Source: a bacterium (GTDB lineage Bacteria > Krumholzibacteriota > Krumholzibacteriia > G020349025). From it: a stretch of 64,000 nt of DNA. Made by a program: the position numbers and the translations under genes. The notes under the pieces were generated by a model that was not told where the DNA came from, ran no database searches, and was given only the letters and a program-made list of their open reading frames with translations. The first letter of the stretch is position 1, and each line of letters opens with the position of its first letter. This document shows positions 35,522 to 45,900 of this stretch, one piece after another. The DNA lies in contig JANLSU010000006.1 of assembly GCA_031362565.1 (NCBI GenBank), forward strand, positions 33,605 to 97,604. The letters run 5' to 3'.

Positions 35522-38272
35522 ATGCAACGGGCTCCGAACACCAAGGCAAGCTGGCTGCGCACCACCGCAGTCGCCCTCGCCGCCCTCGCAGGCGGCGTGC
35601 GCCCAGCGCATGCCTTCGGGCCCGATCCGACGACGGCCGCCACCCGCTTCCGCTTCGTGGTGCTGAACGACGTGCACCTCACGGTGGAAGATTTGGGCGT
35701 GTCGCGCGCCCAACTGCACGCCGCGGTCGATGAAATCAACTCGTTCGCGCCGCAAATCGCGTTCGTGCTGGTTGCCGGCGATCTCGCGCAATCGGTGGAC
35801 CCGGCGGCGCTGCAGACGGAACTGCAGGCGGCGCGCGATGAACTGAACCGCCTAGCGGTGCCCTACCACGTGGCTATCGGCAACCATGACGTCACGAACG
35901 CCGGCGACGACACGGCATTCCGGTCCCTCTTCGGGCCGACGTCGTATCGCTTCCAGTACAGCGGCATGCAATTCATCGCCTTGCGCACCGTGCAGACTCA
36001 GAACTCGATCACGATCAGCGGCGCGGCGCTCGACTCATTGCAGGCGCGCCTGACCGAGATCACACCCACCGATCCGCTCGTCGTCTTCGGACACCACCCA
36101 CTGAGTCCGGTGGCACCACTCGTCGTGACGAACACCGGTGATTTTTATTCGCGGGTCGATCCGTACAACTTGAAGGGGGTGTTTTCCGGGCACTGGCACG
36201 GTGTCTTCGAAGAACAGCGCCTGGGCGCCTGGTACTGCACGTCGGCGGCATTGGCGGTGCACCGCACCAATGACGATGACACGTTCGAAAAAGGCTACCG
36301 TCTCGTGACCGTCATGCCGAACTATTCGCTGGCGTCGCGTTTTTACGCTCTCGGCCATCCACCGGCGTTCACGCCCGAAGCGCCGCAGATCGCCGCGACC
36401 GGCAACCGCTATGCGCTGCCCGGCCGCACGCTGCGCCTGACAATCGCGGCCACGGACAACGACGGGGATGCAATCACGTATGCGGCATCGGGATTGCCCG
36501 CGGGTGCCGCCTTCGACCCGGCAACCCGGGTGTTCAGTTGGAAGCCCACGGCGACACAAGCCGGCTGGTATCCCAACCTGCAGTTCAGTGCATCGGCTGC
36601 CGACGGCACGACGGCGCGAAGGCTCGGCGTGCGAGTGCTGCCGAGCGCCTGCGTGTTCGACGACTTCGAGCCCATGCAGGCATTGTGGGAGACATACGGC
36701 GGTTTCTGGACGGTCTCCGGCGGCACGCTCGTGCAGTCGTCGAGTTCGAGTGGCGGTTCGTACTACGACGTCGTCAAGGGCGCGTGGGGCGACATGTATC
36801 TGGAAGGCGACGTGCGCCACGATGGCGGCAGTGGCTATGCAGGATTCGTGTTCCGCTACGTGGATCAAGACAACAATTACTACGTGTGGAGTGATGGCGC
36901 CCGCCTGCAAGTGCGCAAGCGAGTTGCCGGCACCGCGACCCCGGTGGGCGGCCACGTGCACGTCGGGTCCGTCGCCGGATGGCATCACATGCGCATCGAA
37001 GCTGTCGGCACGAGCATCAAGGTGTTCTGGGACGGTGTACAGAAGCTCGATGTCGTCGACGCGACGTTCCCTTTGGGCGGCATCGGCGTCGTCTGTTCCC
37101 AAGCGACAGCGGCCTTCGACAATGTGGTACTTGCCGGATGCGGCGGGCTGCCGGACCGCGCTCCAGTCCTGCAGCCGGTCGGCGATCGCACGGCCTATGT
37201 CGGTACGCCTTTCCTGGTGCAGTTGGCGGCGACCGATCCGGATGGCGCTGTGCCGCTTACCTACAACGCAACTGGATTACCGCCCGGCGCGTCGTTCGAC
37301 GCGGCGCTGCATCGCATCAATTGGACACCCACACCGGCGCAAGCCGGCCCATGGCAAGGCACGACGGTGGGTGTTACGGACGGCGAATTGAGCGACGCCG
37401 AAACCCCGTCGTTTTCGGTGTTCGATCCCACCGCGACGTGCATGCACGCGGACTTCGGCACCCCGAGTGCCGGCTGGACGTCGAGTGGCGGCACCTGGAG
37501 CACGGTGGCCGGCGAATACCAAGGCACAACCGGAGCGACACCCGCGATCAGCCGCTACATGGCACAACTATCGGAGAACTTCACGCTGCAAGCCCGGATT
37601 CGCGTCGAGGGAAGCGGTACGGGTGGCATCGCTTTCCGCGCCGTCGATGCGACGCACTATGACTACTTGTCGTTCTCTTCGACTCTGGACGTGGTGGAGC
37701 TGCGTAAGATGAACGGCACGACGAGTGTCAAGCTGGCCGGCGGCGCCGAAATGTTTGGCGACGCGAACACCTGGCATCTATGCCGTATCGAGGCCCAAGG
37801 CGCCCACGTGCGTGTGTGGGTGGATGGCGTTCAACAGTTCGACTATACGGACACGGGCGTCACGAGCGGCGGGCGGGTGTATGCCGCCGGCGTGCCCGGA
37901 GCATTCGTGCAGAACGCCACGGTGCACTTGGATGAAATTCTGGTGTCGAAGTGTGCGACCATCGTGTCGGACACCGCACCGGACGCCGCGCCGACGCGCG
38001 TGGTGCGAATTACGGCGGCGCCGAATCCCTTCAATCCCACCACCCAGATCCGTCTCGAGTTGACGCGCGGTGCGCACGCCTGCGTCACGGTTCTCGATGT
38101 TGCCGGCCGCCGGGTGCGGCGGCTCGCCGACGGAGAATTCAGCGCCGGGTTCCATGTGCTGCCGTGGAACGGCACCGGCGACGCTGGCAACGTGCTGGCG
38201 AGCGGCGTGTATTTCGTGCACGTGCAGACGGACGCCGCATCGCAGACGCACCGGCTGGTGATGCTCAAGTGA
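35522..38272 (+). CDS. Secreted metallophosphoesterase with duplicated Ig (He_PIG) + ConA/DUF1080-like modules and FlgD-Ig/T9SS-like C-terminal domain
   Basis: D.H, GD, GNHD, GHH and GH.H calcineurin-like motifs; ATD.DG..Y.A.GLP.GA.FD twice; PNPFNP C-terminal domain. Confidence 0.88.
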   Translation: MQRAPNTKASWLRTTAVALAALAGGVRPAHAFGPDPTTAATRFRFVVLNDVHLTVEDLGVSRAQLHAAVDEINSFAPQIAFVLVAGDLAQSVDPAALQTELQAARDELNRLAVPYHVAIGNHDVTNAGDDTAFRSLFGPTSYRFQYSGMQFIALRTVQTQNSITISGAALDSLQARLTEITPTDPLVVFGHHPLSPVAPLVVTNTGDFYSRVDPYNLKGVFSGHWHGVFEEQRLGAWYCTSAALAVHRTNDDDTFEKGYRLVTVMPNYSLASRFYALGHPPAFTPEAPQIAATGNRYALPGRTLRLTIAATDNDGDAITYAASGLPAGAAFDPATRVFSWKPTATQAGWYPNLQFSASAADGTTARRLGVRVLPSACVFDDFEPMQALWETYGGFWTVSGGTLVQSSSSSGGSYYDVVKGAWGDMYLEGDVRHDGGSGYAGFVFRYVDQDNNYYVWSDGARLQVRKRVAGTATPVGGHVHVGSVAGWHHMRIEAVGTSIKVFWDGVQKLDVVDATFPLGGIGVVCSQATAAFDNVVLAGCGGLPDRAPVLQPVGDRTAYVGTPFLVQLAATDPDGAVPLTYNATGLPPGASFDAALHRINWTPTPAQAGPWQGTTVGVTDGELSDAETPSFSVFDPTATCMHADFGTPSAGWTSSGGTWSTVAGEYQGTTGATPAISRYMAQLSENFTLQARIRVEGSGTGGIAFRAVDATHYDYLSFSSTLDVVELRKMNGTTSVKLAGGAEMFGDANTWHLCRIEAQGAHVRVWVDGVQQFDYTDTGVTSGGRVYAAGVPGAFVQNATVHLDEILVSKCATIVSDTAPDAAPTRVVRITAAPNPFNPTTQIRLELTRGAHACVTVLDVAGRRVRRLADGEFSAGFHVLPWNGTGDAGNVLASGVYFVHVQTDAASQTHRLVMLK

Positions 38273-38379
38273 GGTTTGTTTCGCCTGGAAGTCCTACCGT
38301 CTCGCCCCACGCTTGGCGCGTTCTCGCGGCGCCAGGTTCCTCGTAGCCCCCGCTTGAATCCACAGAATCTGCGTCGAAA

Positions 38380-38405
38380 GGCCGCCGGAAGTCATTCCGG
38401 CGGCC
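38380..38405. terminator. Hairpin between convergent genes
   Basis: GGCCGCCGGAA-GTCA-TTCCGGCGGCC, a perfect 11-bp stem followed by a T-rich tract. Confidence 0.65.
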
Positions 38406-38459
38406 CATCTCTTTTTCAGGACTTCTTTTGACTGCGGGGCCCTCGAAGGGCAGGCGCGG

Positions 38460-39113
38460 TTAGAACTCGCCGCCGTCGTCACCATCGTCGCCGTCGCCAT
38501 CGCCGTCGTCACCCGCATCGACCTTGTCGCCGTGGCCGCCGCCGCCGGGCATTTTCATTCCGGGAGCGCCGCCGTGGCGCAGATGTTCACGCATCGTGCT
38601 GTGTACTTTGTCGCGTTGCTCGGGCGTCAAGACGTCGCGGACTTGCAAACGGAGGTCGAACGTCGCGGCGGCGAGTTCGCTCCGCGACTTCAACACCTTG
38701 TCGTTCGCACGGCGCAGCTCGGCACTGTCGGCCTTGTTCTTCTCCATCAGGTCGCGCAGATCCATTTGTGCTTCGACCACCGCTTGCTTCTTGGGCATCA
38801 AGAGGCTGGGCGCGCGCCGGCGCACCTGGCGCAACTGTTCTTGCTGCGCATCGCTGAGCCCGACTTCGGAGGCGTTGGCGAGCAGATGCTCCACCGCTCC
38901 CCCGCCCATGCCGCCACCCCGGCGCATGTGCCGCATCTCGCCCATCGCCTTGCCGCCGCCGTGCATGCGGGCCATCGGGCCGCCGGCGGGGCCATTCGGC
39001 GGCGCATCAACCGGCCGGCCCGGCTGGGCAAAGGCTGATGCGCTGAGTGCAGTCAACGTCGCGAGCGTCGCGGCAGCCACGGCGGCGCGACGCAACAGAG
39101 TCTTGGAATTCAC
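38460..39113 (-). CDS. Spy/CpxP/ZraP-family periplasmic chaperone
   Basis: Signal peptide, GLSDAQQEQL, VLTPEQR, Met/Gly-rich N-terminus and Asp-rich tail. Confidence 0.85.
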   Translation of the reverse strand: MNSKTLLRRAAVAAATLATLTALSASAFAQPGRPVDAPPNGPAGGPMARMHGGGKAMGEMRHMRRGGGMGGGAVEHLLANASEVGLSDAQQEQLRQVRRRAPSLLMPKKQAVVEAQMDLRDLMEKNKADSAELRRANDKVLKSRSELAAATFDLRLQVRDVLTPEQRDKVHSTMREHLRHGGAPGMKMPGGGGHGDKVDAGDDGDGDGDDGDDGGEF

Positions 39114-39236
39114 GATGCATCCTTTCGAACGAGACCTCGCGCGCGTGATGCAGGCGGCAACCAAATCACGCGCGTTCGCGGCACCCGAGGTGCCGGCAAA
39201 CCTGTCTTCCGGCGCACGCCCGCGCCGGACAATCTC

Positions 39237-39818
39237 TCAATGTGCGGGCGGCGGCTTGTCGCCGCCGTGGCGTAGCCCGCGCCCAAACGGCCCCGGACCG
39301 AACGGTGAACCGCCACGGCCCGGCCCGCCGCGGAACATCCAGCGGACGTAACGGGCGCGTTGTTTGGGTTCCAACGTGCTGGCTTCGCCCGCCATGGCTT
39401 CGGCGCACACGCTATCGATTCGGGCCTGCGCCCGCGAAACTTCCGCCGCGGTGCTGCGCACTGCGTCTGCGTCACCGCGCAAGAGCGCGGTGCGATAGGC
39501 GGCGCGTGCCGCCATGGCGCGCTGGTGCAACTCCGGCAGCGCCGGCGCGATGCGCGCGAAGTTGGCGTCCCAAGCGGTTTGCTGTGCGGCGTCGAGATCC
39601 AACGCCTTCGCCACCATGTGGTGCCGCTGCTCGTGCCAGCGCTGCAGCATCGGACTGTGGCGCGGCGGCTTTTCGGGCCGCATGTCCGGCGCGGCGCTGC
39701 CGGCGTCGTTGTCGACGTCCGCGTCACGGTTGCGGATCACGTGCGTCGCCGCCAGGCTCAAGAAAGCCACATTGAGTGCCATGGAGAAGACGAGCAACGG
39801 GCGCTGCCAGCGTGTCAT
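39237..39818 (-). CDS. Periplasmic heavy-metal sensor (Spy/CpxP-like, Metal_resist)
   Basis: SMALNVAFL anchor, LDLDAAQQ and LEPKQR motifs. Confidence 0.8.
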   Translation of the reverse strand: MTRWQRPLLVFSMALNVAFLSLAATHVIRNRDADVDNDAGSAAPDMRPEKPPRHSPMLQRWHEQRHHMVAKALDLDAAQQTAWDANFARIAPALPELHQRAMAARAAYRTALLRGDADAVRSTAAEVSRAQARIDSVCAEAMAGEASTLEPKQRARYVRWMFRGGPGRGGSPFGPGPFGRGLRHGGDKPPPAH

Positions 39819-40360
39819 GGCTGGCCCCCCGGTGCGGAGTCGTCCGGCGTTGCGATTGGGGTGTCGGCAGCGGTCGCGTCGCTGGCATCAAAATAGGACG
39901 TTGAGAGACCGGCGCTCGCCGCATCCAGGAGATTCGACGTGTCGTACATCTCCGCCGCCGCGGCCGCGACCGGGCTGCGATCGACGGTCACGGCAAGCCA
40001 AGTTCCGGCGGCAAGTCCGGCGACCATCGCGACCGTGGCGCCGGCGAGGGCCGGATGCGCCGCGGCCGCGAGATCGCGCACGAATCCCGCAACCCGCAAC
40101 GGCAGTCGCGTTGCAAGCGCCGGGCGTTCCGCTGCAAGTTGAATGCGATTCCAAGTGCCTAGTGAAGTGGCCTGGGCGCGAGCGTGTTCGGCCGCGCCCA
40201 AAGCCGCGAGCTCGGACTCGGTGGCCCGAATCCCGTCCAGTTCCAGCCGGCACCGCTCGCAGCGCCCGACATGCACCCGCCAGGCCGCCGTTTCCGGCCC
40301 CGCGACGGCCTCATCGGCCAGCCGCGCCAGCATCCAGAACTCGAGACAACGATCCGTCAC
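39815..40360 (-). CDS. Zinc-finger (ZAS) anti-sigma factor with TM helix
   Basis: HVGRCERC (HxxxCxxC), a TM segment, and position downstream of an ECF sigma. Confidence 0.78.
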   Translation of the reverse strand: MTDRCLEFWMLARLADEAVAGPETAAWRVHVGRCERCRLELDGIRATESELAALGAAEHARAQATSLGTWNRIQLAAERPALATRLPLRVAGFVRDLAAAAHPALAGATVAMVAGLAAGTWLAVTVDRSPVAAAAAEMYDTSNLLDAASAGLSTSYFDASDATAADTPIATPDDSAPGGQP

Positions 40361-40456
40361 GTTCCACGCCTCCCAGTGCCTTCCAAAAAGCCCAATCCCC
40401 GACCCCGGAGTTTCCGTCGCAGAAAAAACATGGGACCGGCGTAACGCAAAAAGCGG

Positions 40457-41020
40457 TCACCCCAGGATTTCCCGCAAGCCGCGCATGCCGCGCGCCACCA
40501 AGGATTCGGCGGCGTGCTCGCTGACGTCGAGCGCGGCCGCGACATCGCGGAGCGGCAATCCTTCGAAATGGCGCAGCAAGACTGCGAGGCGTTGGCGATC
40601 GGGAAGGCGCGCCAGCGCGCGGGCAAGCGTGGCGCGGGTTTCGGCGGCGCGGAGCGGACCATCGGCGTCGAAGTGTTGGGGCGCGGGCAGGGACGCGAGG
40701 ACGCTTTCGTCGCTCACGGCGGGGTTGCCGGTCAACCAACCACGGACGCGGCGGCGGCGCAGCTCTTGCCGTACGAGATTGCCGGCGATGCGAAAGACCC
40801 ATGCCCCGAAGCGGCCCGACGGTGTGTAGCGGGCCGCGGAACGATAGACGCGCACAAAGGTTTCCTGGACGATGTCTTCGGCGTCGGTGCGCCGGCCGAG
40901 GGCGCGCGCGGCAAAGGCTTCGATGCGCGGCGACCAGCGTTCGACGACGAGCCGAAACGCCGTCGCGTTGCCGCCGGCTACAGCCACCATCAAAGCATCG
41001 TCGTCGCGATCGTCCGGCAT
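40457..41020 (-). CDS. ECF RNA polymerase sigma factor
   Basis: DAEDIVQETF, WVFRIA.N and region 4 LPDRQR...EGL...VA. Confidence 0.92.
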   Translation of the reverse strand: MPDDRDDDALMVAVAGGNATAFRLVVERWSPRIEAFAARALGRRTDAEDIVQETFVRVYRSAARYTPSGRFGAWVFRIAGNLVRQELRRRRVRGWLTGNPAVSDESVLASLPAPQHFDADGPLRAAETRATLARALARLPDRQRLAVLLRHFEGLPLRDVAAALDVSEHAAESLVARGMRGLREILG

Positions 41021-42229
41021 TCAACTCTTCGCGGCTTTGCGCGGTTCGAGTCCCAGCTCCTTGGCGGCGCGGGCCCACACCGGGAGCGAGCGTTCCAGCA
41101 TGTCGCGTTCAACCGAATAACTGATGCGAATGTATCCGGGTGTGCCGAAGCCGCTGCCGGGCACCGTCAAGATGTGATGCTTCTGCAAAGCTCGCACGAA
41201 GCCGATGTCGTCCGGCGTCGGCGTCTTGGGAAACAAAAAGAAAGCGCCTTCGGGCCGTTGCATTTCGAACCCAAGGGCGCGCAATTCGGTGTAGAGCGTG
41301 TCGCGGTTGCGGCGATAGAAATCGATGTCCACCGTCGAATCCAAGATCTGCGCCACCACCCGCTGCATGAGTGCCGGCGCATTTACGAAGCCGAGGGTGC
41401 GAATGGCAAATGCCATCCCGTTGACCAGCTCGGCGGCGTCGGCCGCTTCCGGCGACACCGCGATGTGGCCGATGCGTTCGCCGGGCAGACCGAGATCCTT
41501 CGAATGCGACGTGCAGACGATCGTGTTCTTGTAGTAAGTCGCGACCACCGGCAAGTCGATATCGTCGTAAACCAGGGCGCGATACGGCTCGTCGCTCAAA
41601 AGGTAGATCGTGGTCTTGAATTCGCGCTGTTTCATTTCCAGCACGTGCGCCAAAGAATCGATCGAACTGTGCCGGTAAATACGGCCCGTCGGGTTGTTCG
41701 GGCTGTTGACGAGAATGGCGCGGGTCTGCGGCGTGATGGCGGCGGCGATGGCTACCGTATCGAGATCGAATTCCGCGTCCGTCGGGACGATCTTCGGCAC
41801 ACCGCCGTGATTGTCGACGTAGAACTCGTACTCGGCGAAGAACGGCGACAGCAGAATGACTTCTTCACCCGGGTTGAGGATGGTTTTCAGCGCCACGTTG
41901 AGAGCGCCGGCAGCGCCCACGGTCATCAGGATGTGGTCGGCGGTGTAGTGGAGGCCGCTCTCGAGGCAGTACTTGTCGGCGAAAGCCAGTCGCGTGTCCT
42001 CGAAGCCGGCATTGGTCATGTAGCGATGCTGTCCCGGCGCCCGGTCGCTGGCGACCGACTCCAGCGCCTCGAAAAATTCATCCGGCGGTTCAACGATGGG
42101 ATTGCCGAGCGAGAAATCGAACACCGCGTCGTTGCCGACCCGGGCTTTGAGCGCCCGGCCTTCCTCGAACATGCGGCGAATCCACGAGGCGCGGCCGATC
42201 TGCTCGGTGACTTTGCGTGCAACGGGCAT
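41021..42229 (-). CDS. PLP-dependent class I/II (aspartate) aminotransferase
   Basis: FDFSLGNP, NSPNNPTG, SDEPY, SHSKDLGLPGERIG, IRISY. Confidence 0.93.
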   Translation of the reverse strand: MPVARKVTEQIGRASWIRRMFEEGRALKARVGNDAVFDFSLGNPIVEPPDEFFEALESVASDRAPGQHRYMTNAGFEDTRLAFADKYCLESGLHYTADHILMTVGAAGALNVALKTILNPGEEVILLSPFFAEYEFYVDNHGGVPKIVPTDAEFDLDTVAIAAAITPQTRAILVNSPNNPTGRIYRHSSIDSLAHVLEMKQREFKTTIYLLSDEPYRALVYDDIDLPVVATYYKNTIVCTSHSKDLGLPGERIGHIAVSPEAADAAELVNGMAFAIRTLGFVNAPALMQRVVAQILDSTVDIDFYRRNRDTLYTELRALGFEMQRPEGAFFLFPKTPTPDDIGFVRALQKHHILTVPGSGFGTPGYIRISYSVERDMLERSLPVWARAAKELGLEPRKAAKS

Positions 42230-42614
42230 AGCACTCCCCCAAGGAGCAGGCGCGGACCTGTGGCTCGGCAGGAGAGTCCCGGCCCGGCGAACGGCCTCAA
42301 GAGTAACGCGCCCGCACCCCGAGGGTCGAGGACTGTGGCCACGGGCCCACACGGCGGGAGCCATCCGTTCAGGAGATTGGCGGCGAAATCCGCGACCGGG
42401 GCTTGCCAGCGGCCCTTGGCTCGGCGGGGGTTCCGACCCCAAGGGGGAGAGGCCGCTTGCGACCCGTTGGCATTGCATGCACTCGCGTTCTATTATGCGC
42501 CCCGCCCGCCGGGAGGTCCGTCTCGCACCGGTTAGGGCGAAAGAACATGTGCGCTCGTGACCGCACACGACCGAACGGGCACGAAAACGGTTCGTGCATT
42601 TTCAAGGAGTCCCA

Positions 42615-42818
42615 ATGGCACCGCGTCTGGCGTTGGAGTCGCTGCTCGAGGAGAAACTGTTCATCCCGGTGGCGAAGAGCAAGGGCGATGACGACGACGT
42701 CGATGAAGAAGACGATTTGGAAGGCGCCGACGAACTCGTCGACGAGGACGACGAGGATTTCGATCCGGATCTCGACGTAGAGGACGAAGGGTTCCTCGAA
42801 GACGACGGCGAAGTGTGA
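42615..42818 (+). CDS. Small hyper-acidic protein (67 aa)
   Basis: AAGGAG RBS, upstream TTGGCA-18-TATTAT promoter candidate (42467-42496), and 28 of the last 43 residues are D/E. Confidence 0.7.
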   Translation: MAPRLALESLLEEKLFIPVAKSKGDDDDVDEEDDLEGADELVDEDDEDFDPDLDVEDEGFLEDDGEV

Positions 42819-42921
42819 CCGGTCGATTTACGGACGGGGGCTTGCACCGCCGCTGGGCGGGGCGCATCCTCTTCGGCGCACTCATCCCGTCCGGTTTGAT
42901 CGCTCCGCCGCCGCCGCGATC

Positions 42922-45900
42922 GTGAATTCTCCGGCAGGAATGGGAGCGGCGCTGCCGCAGCGTCTTCCTGACGTCGAGAGACAGCCGTCGATGCGCATCT
43001 CGCGCGCCAAAACGATCTTTGCGAACGGCTTAGTCCCGGCCGCGGTTGCCGCGGCCGGAATGCAGGCCGTCGTCATGCCGCCGACGGCTGTGTACGCGTC
43101 TACGCACGTCTCCGTGTCCGTCTCCGAATCCGCGCCCGCATCCACCTCCGAATCATCCGAGGCCGCCTGGACCCCCGCGTTCGTCGTCATTCCGCCCGGC
43201 GAACGCGCCGTGCAAGTCCACGCCACGATCGCCGGGCGTGGTCCGGTGCGCGCCGAGATCACCGGCACGGCCGGTTATCGCGGCTATTCCGTGGCGCTCG
43301 TTCGCATCGCGCCTTTCGCGCTTGGTTCGCCTCCGGCGCCCGTCGTGCTCCAAGTCGACACTGCGCCGGCGCGGCGCGAGCTGCAGCCGCTCGTGCGGCT
43401 GCGCCCGGACATGGTGCAGAGTCAGCGTGCGAGTGCCGATGTACGGGCCCTGGTCGCGAACGACGCGGATGTCGATCGATTCGCGCCGAGCGCCCTGCAG
43501 ATGAGTTCGATTCACCCTGCCGTCAGGGCCGACCGGCCACGTGGTTTCCAACCGACCAGTGACCCGTCCCTCGACGGCAGCGGCGTGCGCTACTTGATCG
43601 TCACGACCGAAGCTCTCGTGCCGTCCTTTCAAATACTTGCCGACTGGAAAACGCGGCGTGGCGTGCCGACCGCGATTCGCAGCATCGAGTGGATCGAATC
43701 CCGCACGCGGCATGGCGTGGATCGCGCCGAGACGCTGCGCAATTTTCTCGTCGAGGCCTATCAGTTGTGGGGCGTCGAGTATGTCCTGCTGGGCGGCGAC
43801 ACCGATCTGCTGCCGGCGCGGTTCGCTTATTCGAATGTGTTCGGCGGCGGTACAGCGCCGGCGGACATGTACTTCGCGTGCCTTGACGGCACGTGGAACG
43901 CCGACGGCGATTCGAAGTGGGGCGAGGGCGGCCTCGGGGCGGTGCCGAGCGAAGCCGACATTCTGCCGGAACTCGCGGTGGCGCGCGCCCCGGTCAACGA
44001 CGCCACGCAAACGGTAAATTTCGTGCTGCGCGTCGTCGGCTACGAAACCCCGCTCTTCGCCGACTATCAAACCCGTGCCGCGTTCATGACCGAAGTCCTG
44101 GTGCCGGCGAACTGGGACAGCGGCCAGTCGATTTCGTACAACGGTGCTCCGACAACCGAGCTGATCATCTCCCAGAGCCTGCCGCCGGCATTCACTTCCG
44201 ACCGATTGTACGATACGTATTGGCAGTACCCCGGTTCAGAGAAGCTGCTGCGGACCTCGTCGGTTGCGGCGATGAACAGTGGCGTCGGGATCGTCAATCA
44301 TCTCGGCCACGGGTTCCGCTACACCATGTCGTGCGGCAACGGCAGCCTGGTGAACGCCGATGCGGATGCGCTCACGAACGGCGGCCGCACGTTCGTGATG
44401 TGCATGGCGAATTGCGCCGCCGTGTCCTTCGACTACAACTGTTTGGCGGAGCGTTTTCTGCTCAATCCGGGCGGCGGTGCCGCAGCCGTAATCGGCGCGG
44501 CACGCAGCGTCTCGGCGAGTCTGGTCACGGTGTATGACCGGGCCTTCTTCCGGCAGCTCTTCGAGCAGGGACACGTGCACGTGGCGGACTTGCTGAACGC
44601 GTTGCGCTTGGAGCGCGCGTCGCTCGCCGAACTGGATGGCGGCGACCGCTGGATTCAGTTTTCGTTGAATGCACTGGCGGATGCCGAAATGAGTGTCTTC
44701 ACGGGCGCGGTGCGCTTTGCCGACGTGGCCCACGCCCCGTCGGTACCCGTCGGGCCGAGCACTCTGGCGGTGACCGTACAGGTGGGCGGCGTCGCCGTGA
44801 CCGGTGCCACGGTTTGCGCGATGAAGGGCAACGAGGTGTATTCGACCGCCATCACGAATGTCGCGGGCCAGGTGCAACTGCCCATGATGCCGGCGACCCC
44901 CGGGGCCATTGCGGTGACCGTCTCGGGAGCCAACCTGGCGCAGCACGTCGACTCGGTGCAAGTGGTAGCGGCGGCCGGGCCAGCGGTTGCACTCGGCGGT
45001 TTCTCCGTGGATGACGACGCCGTTGCCCCGAGCGCCGGCAACGGCGACGCAGCCATCGATGCCGGCGAGACAATCGAACTCACCCTGGCCGTCGTCAATC
45101 ACGGTGGCGCTCTTGCAGACAGCGTCTCCGCGGCGCTTTCATCGGGCGACCCGCGGGTCACCGTCTTGCAGCCCGATGCTTTCGCGGGTGCGGTGGGGCC
45201 GGGTGCGACGGCACTCGCGGCGCCGGCTTGCGTCGTACAGTTGGCCGGGAGCATTCCCGACGGGACGACGTTCGACCTGCCGGTCCACTACACCGATCGG
45301 ACCGGTGCGACTTGGGACGATCGTGTCCATCTGTTGGTCGGCGCGCCGCGGACGGAAATCGTCCGCGTCGAAGCAGTGCACGACATCGACCCGTTGCACG
45401 TCTTCGTGAACGTGAGCTTGAAGAATTATGGCTCGGGGCAGCAACCGGCGCTCGCCGGCACTCTGACCTGTTCGGATCCAAGCGTGACCATCGTGTCGGG
45501 ATCGGCGCTCGCCGGCCCGCTCGCAGCTCTCGGCGGTGGGGATGCAGCGCCGCGGTTCGAACTGCAAACACCGACCCCCGGCGTGCCACCGGTTGAACTG
45601 ACATTCGCCGACGCCTATGGGCGCACGGTGGATTTGCACTGCGACCTCAAACCGCCGGCGGCCCCGGCCGCGCCGGTTGCGGATCTGGCGTGGGCGCCCG
45701 GTACCGTGCGCCTGACTTGGACACCGTCGACGGCCAGCGACCGGCTCGGCTACCACGTGTTCCGTTCGAGCGCCGCGCCGGCCACGCCCGCCGCGGCGAC
45801 ATTCGACCAGTTGACGCCCGACGTCATTCATCACGCCGATTTCTACGACACGGGCGTGGCCGCCAATTCGCACTACGACTACTACGTCGTGGCCGTCGAC

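Noticed and set aside
40514..42535. 673-aa plus-strand ORF and many other long antisense ORFs (e.g. 47685-49379, 16653-18356, 45139-46686, 27168-28562)
   Set aside because: Shadow ORFs opposite well-supported genes in high-GC DNA, with no recognisable motifs.
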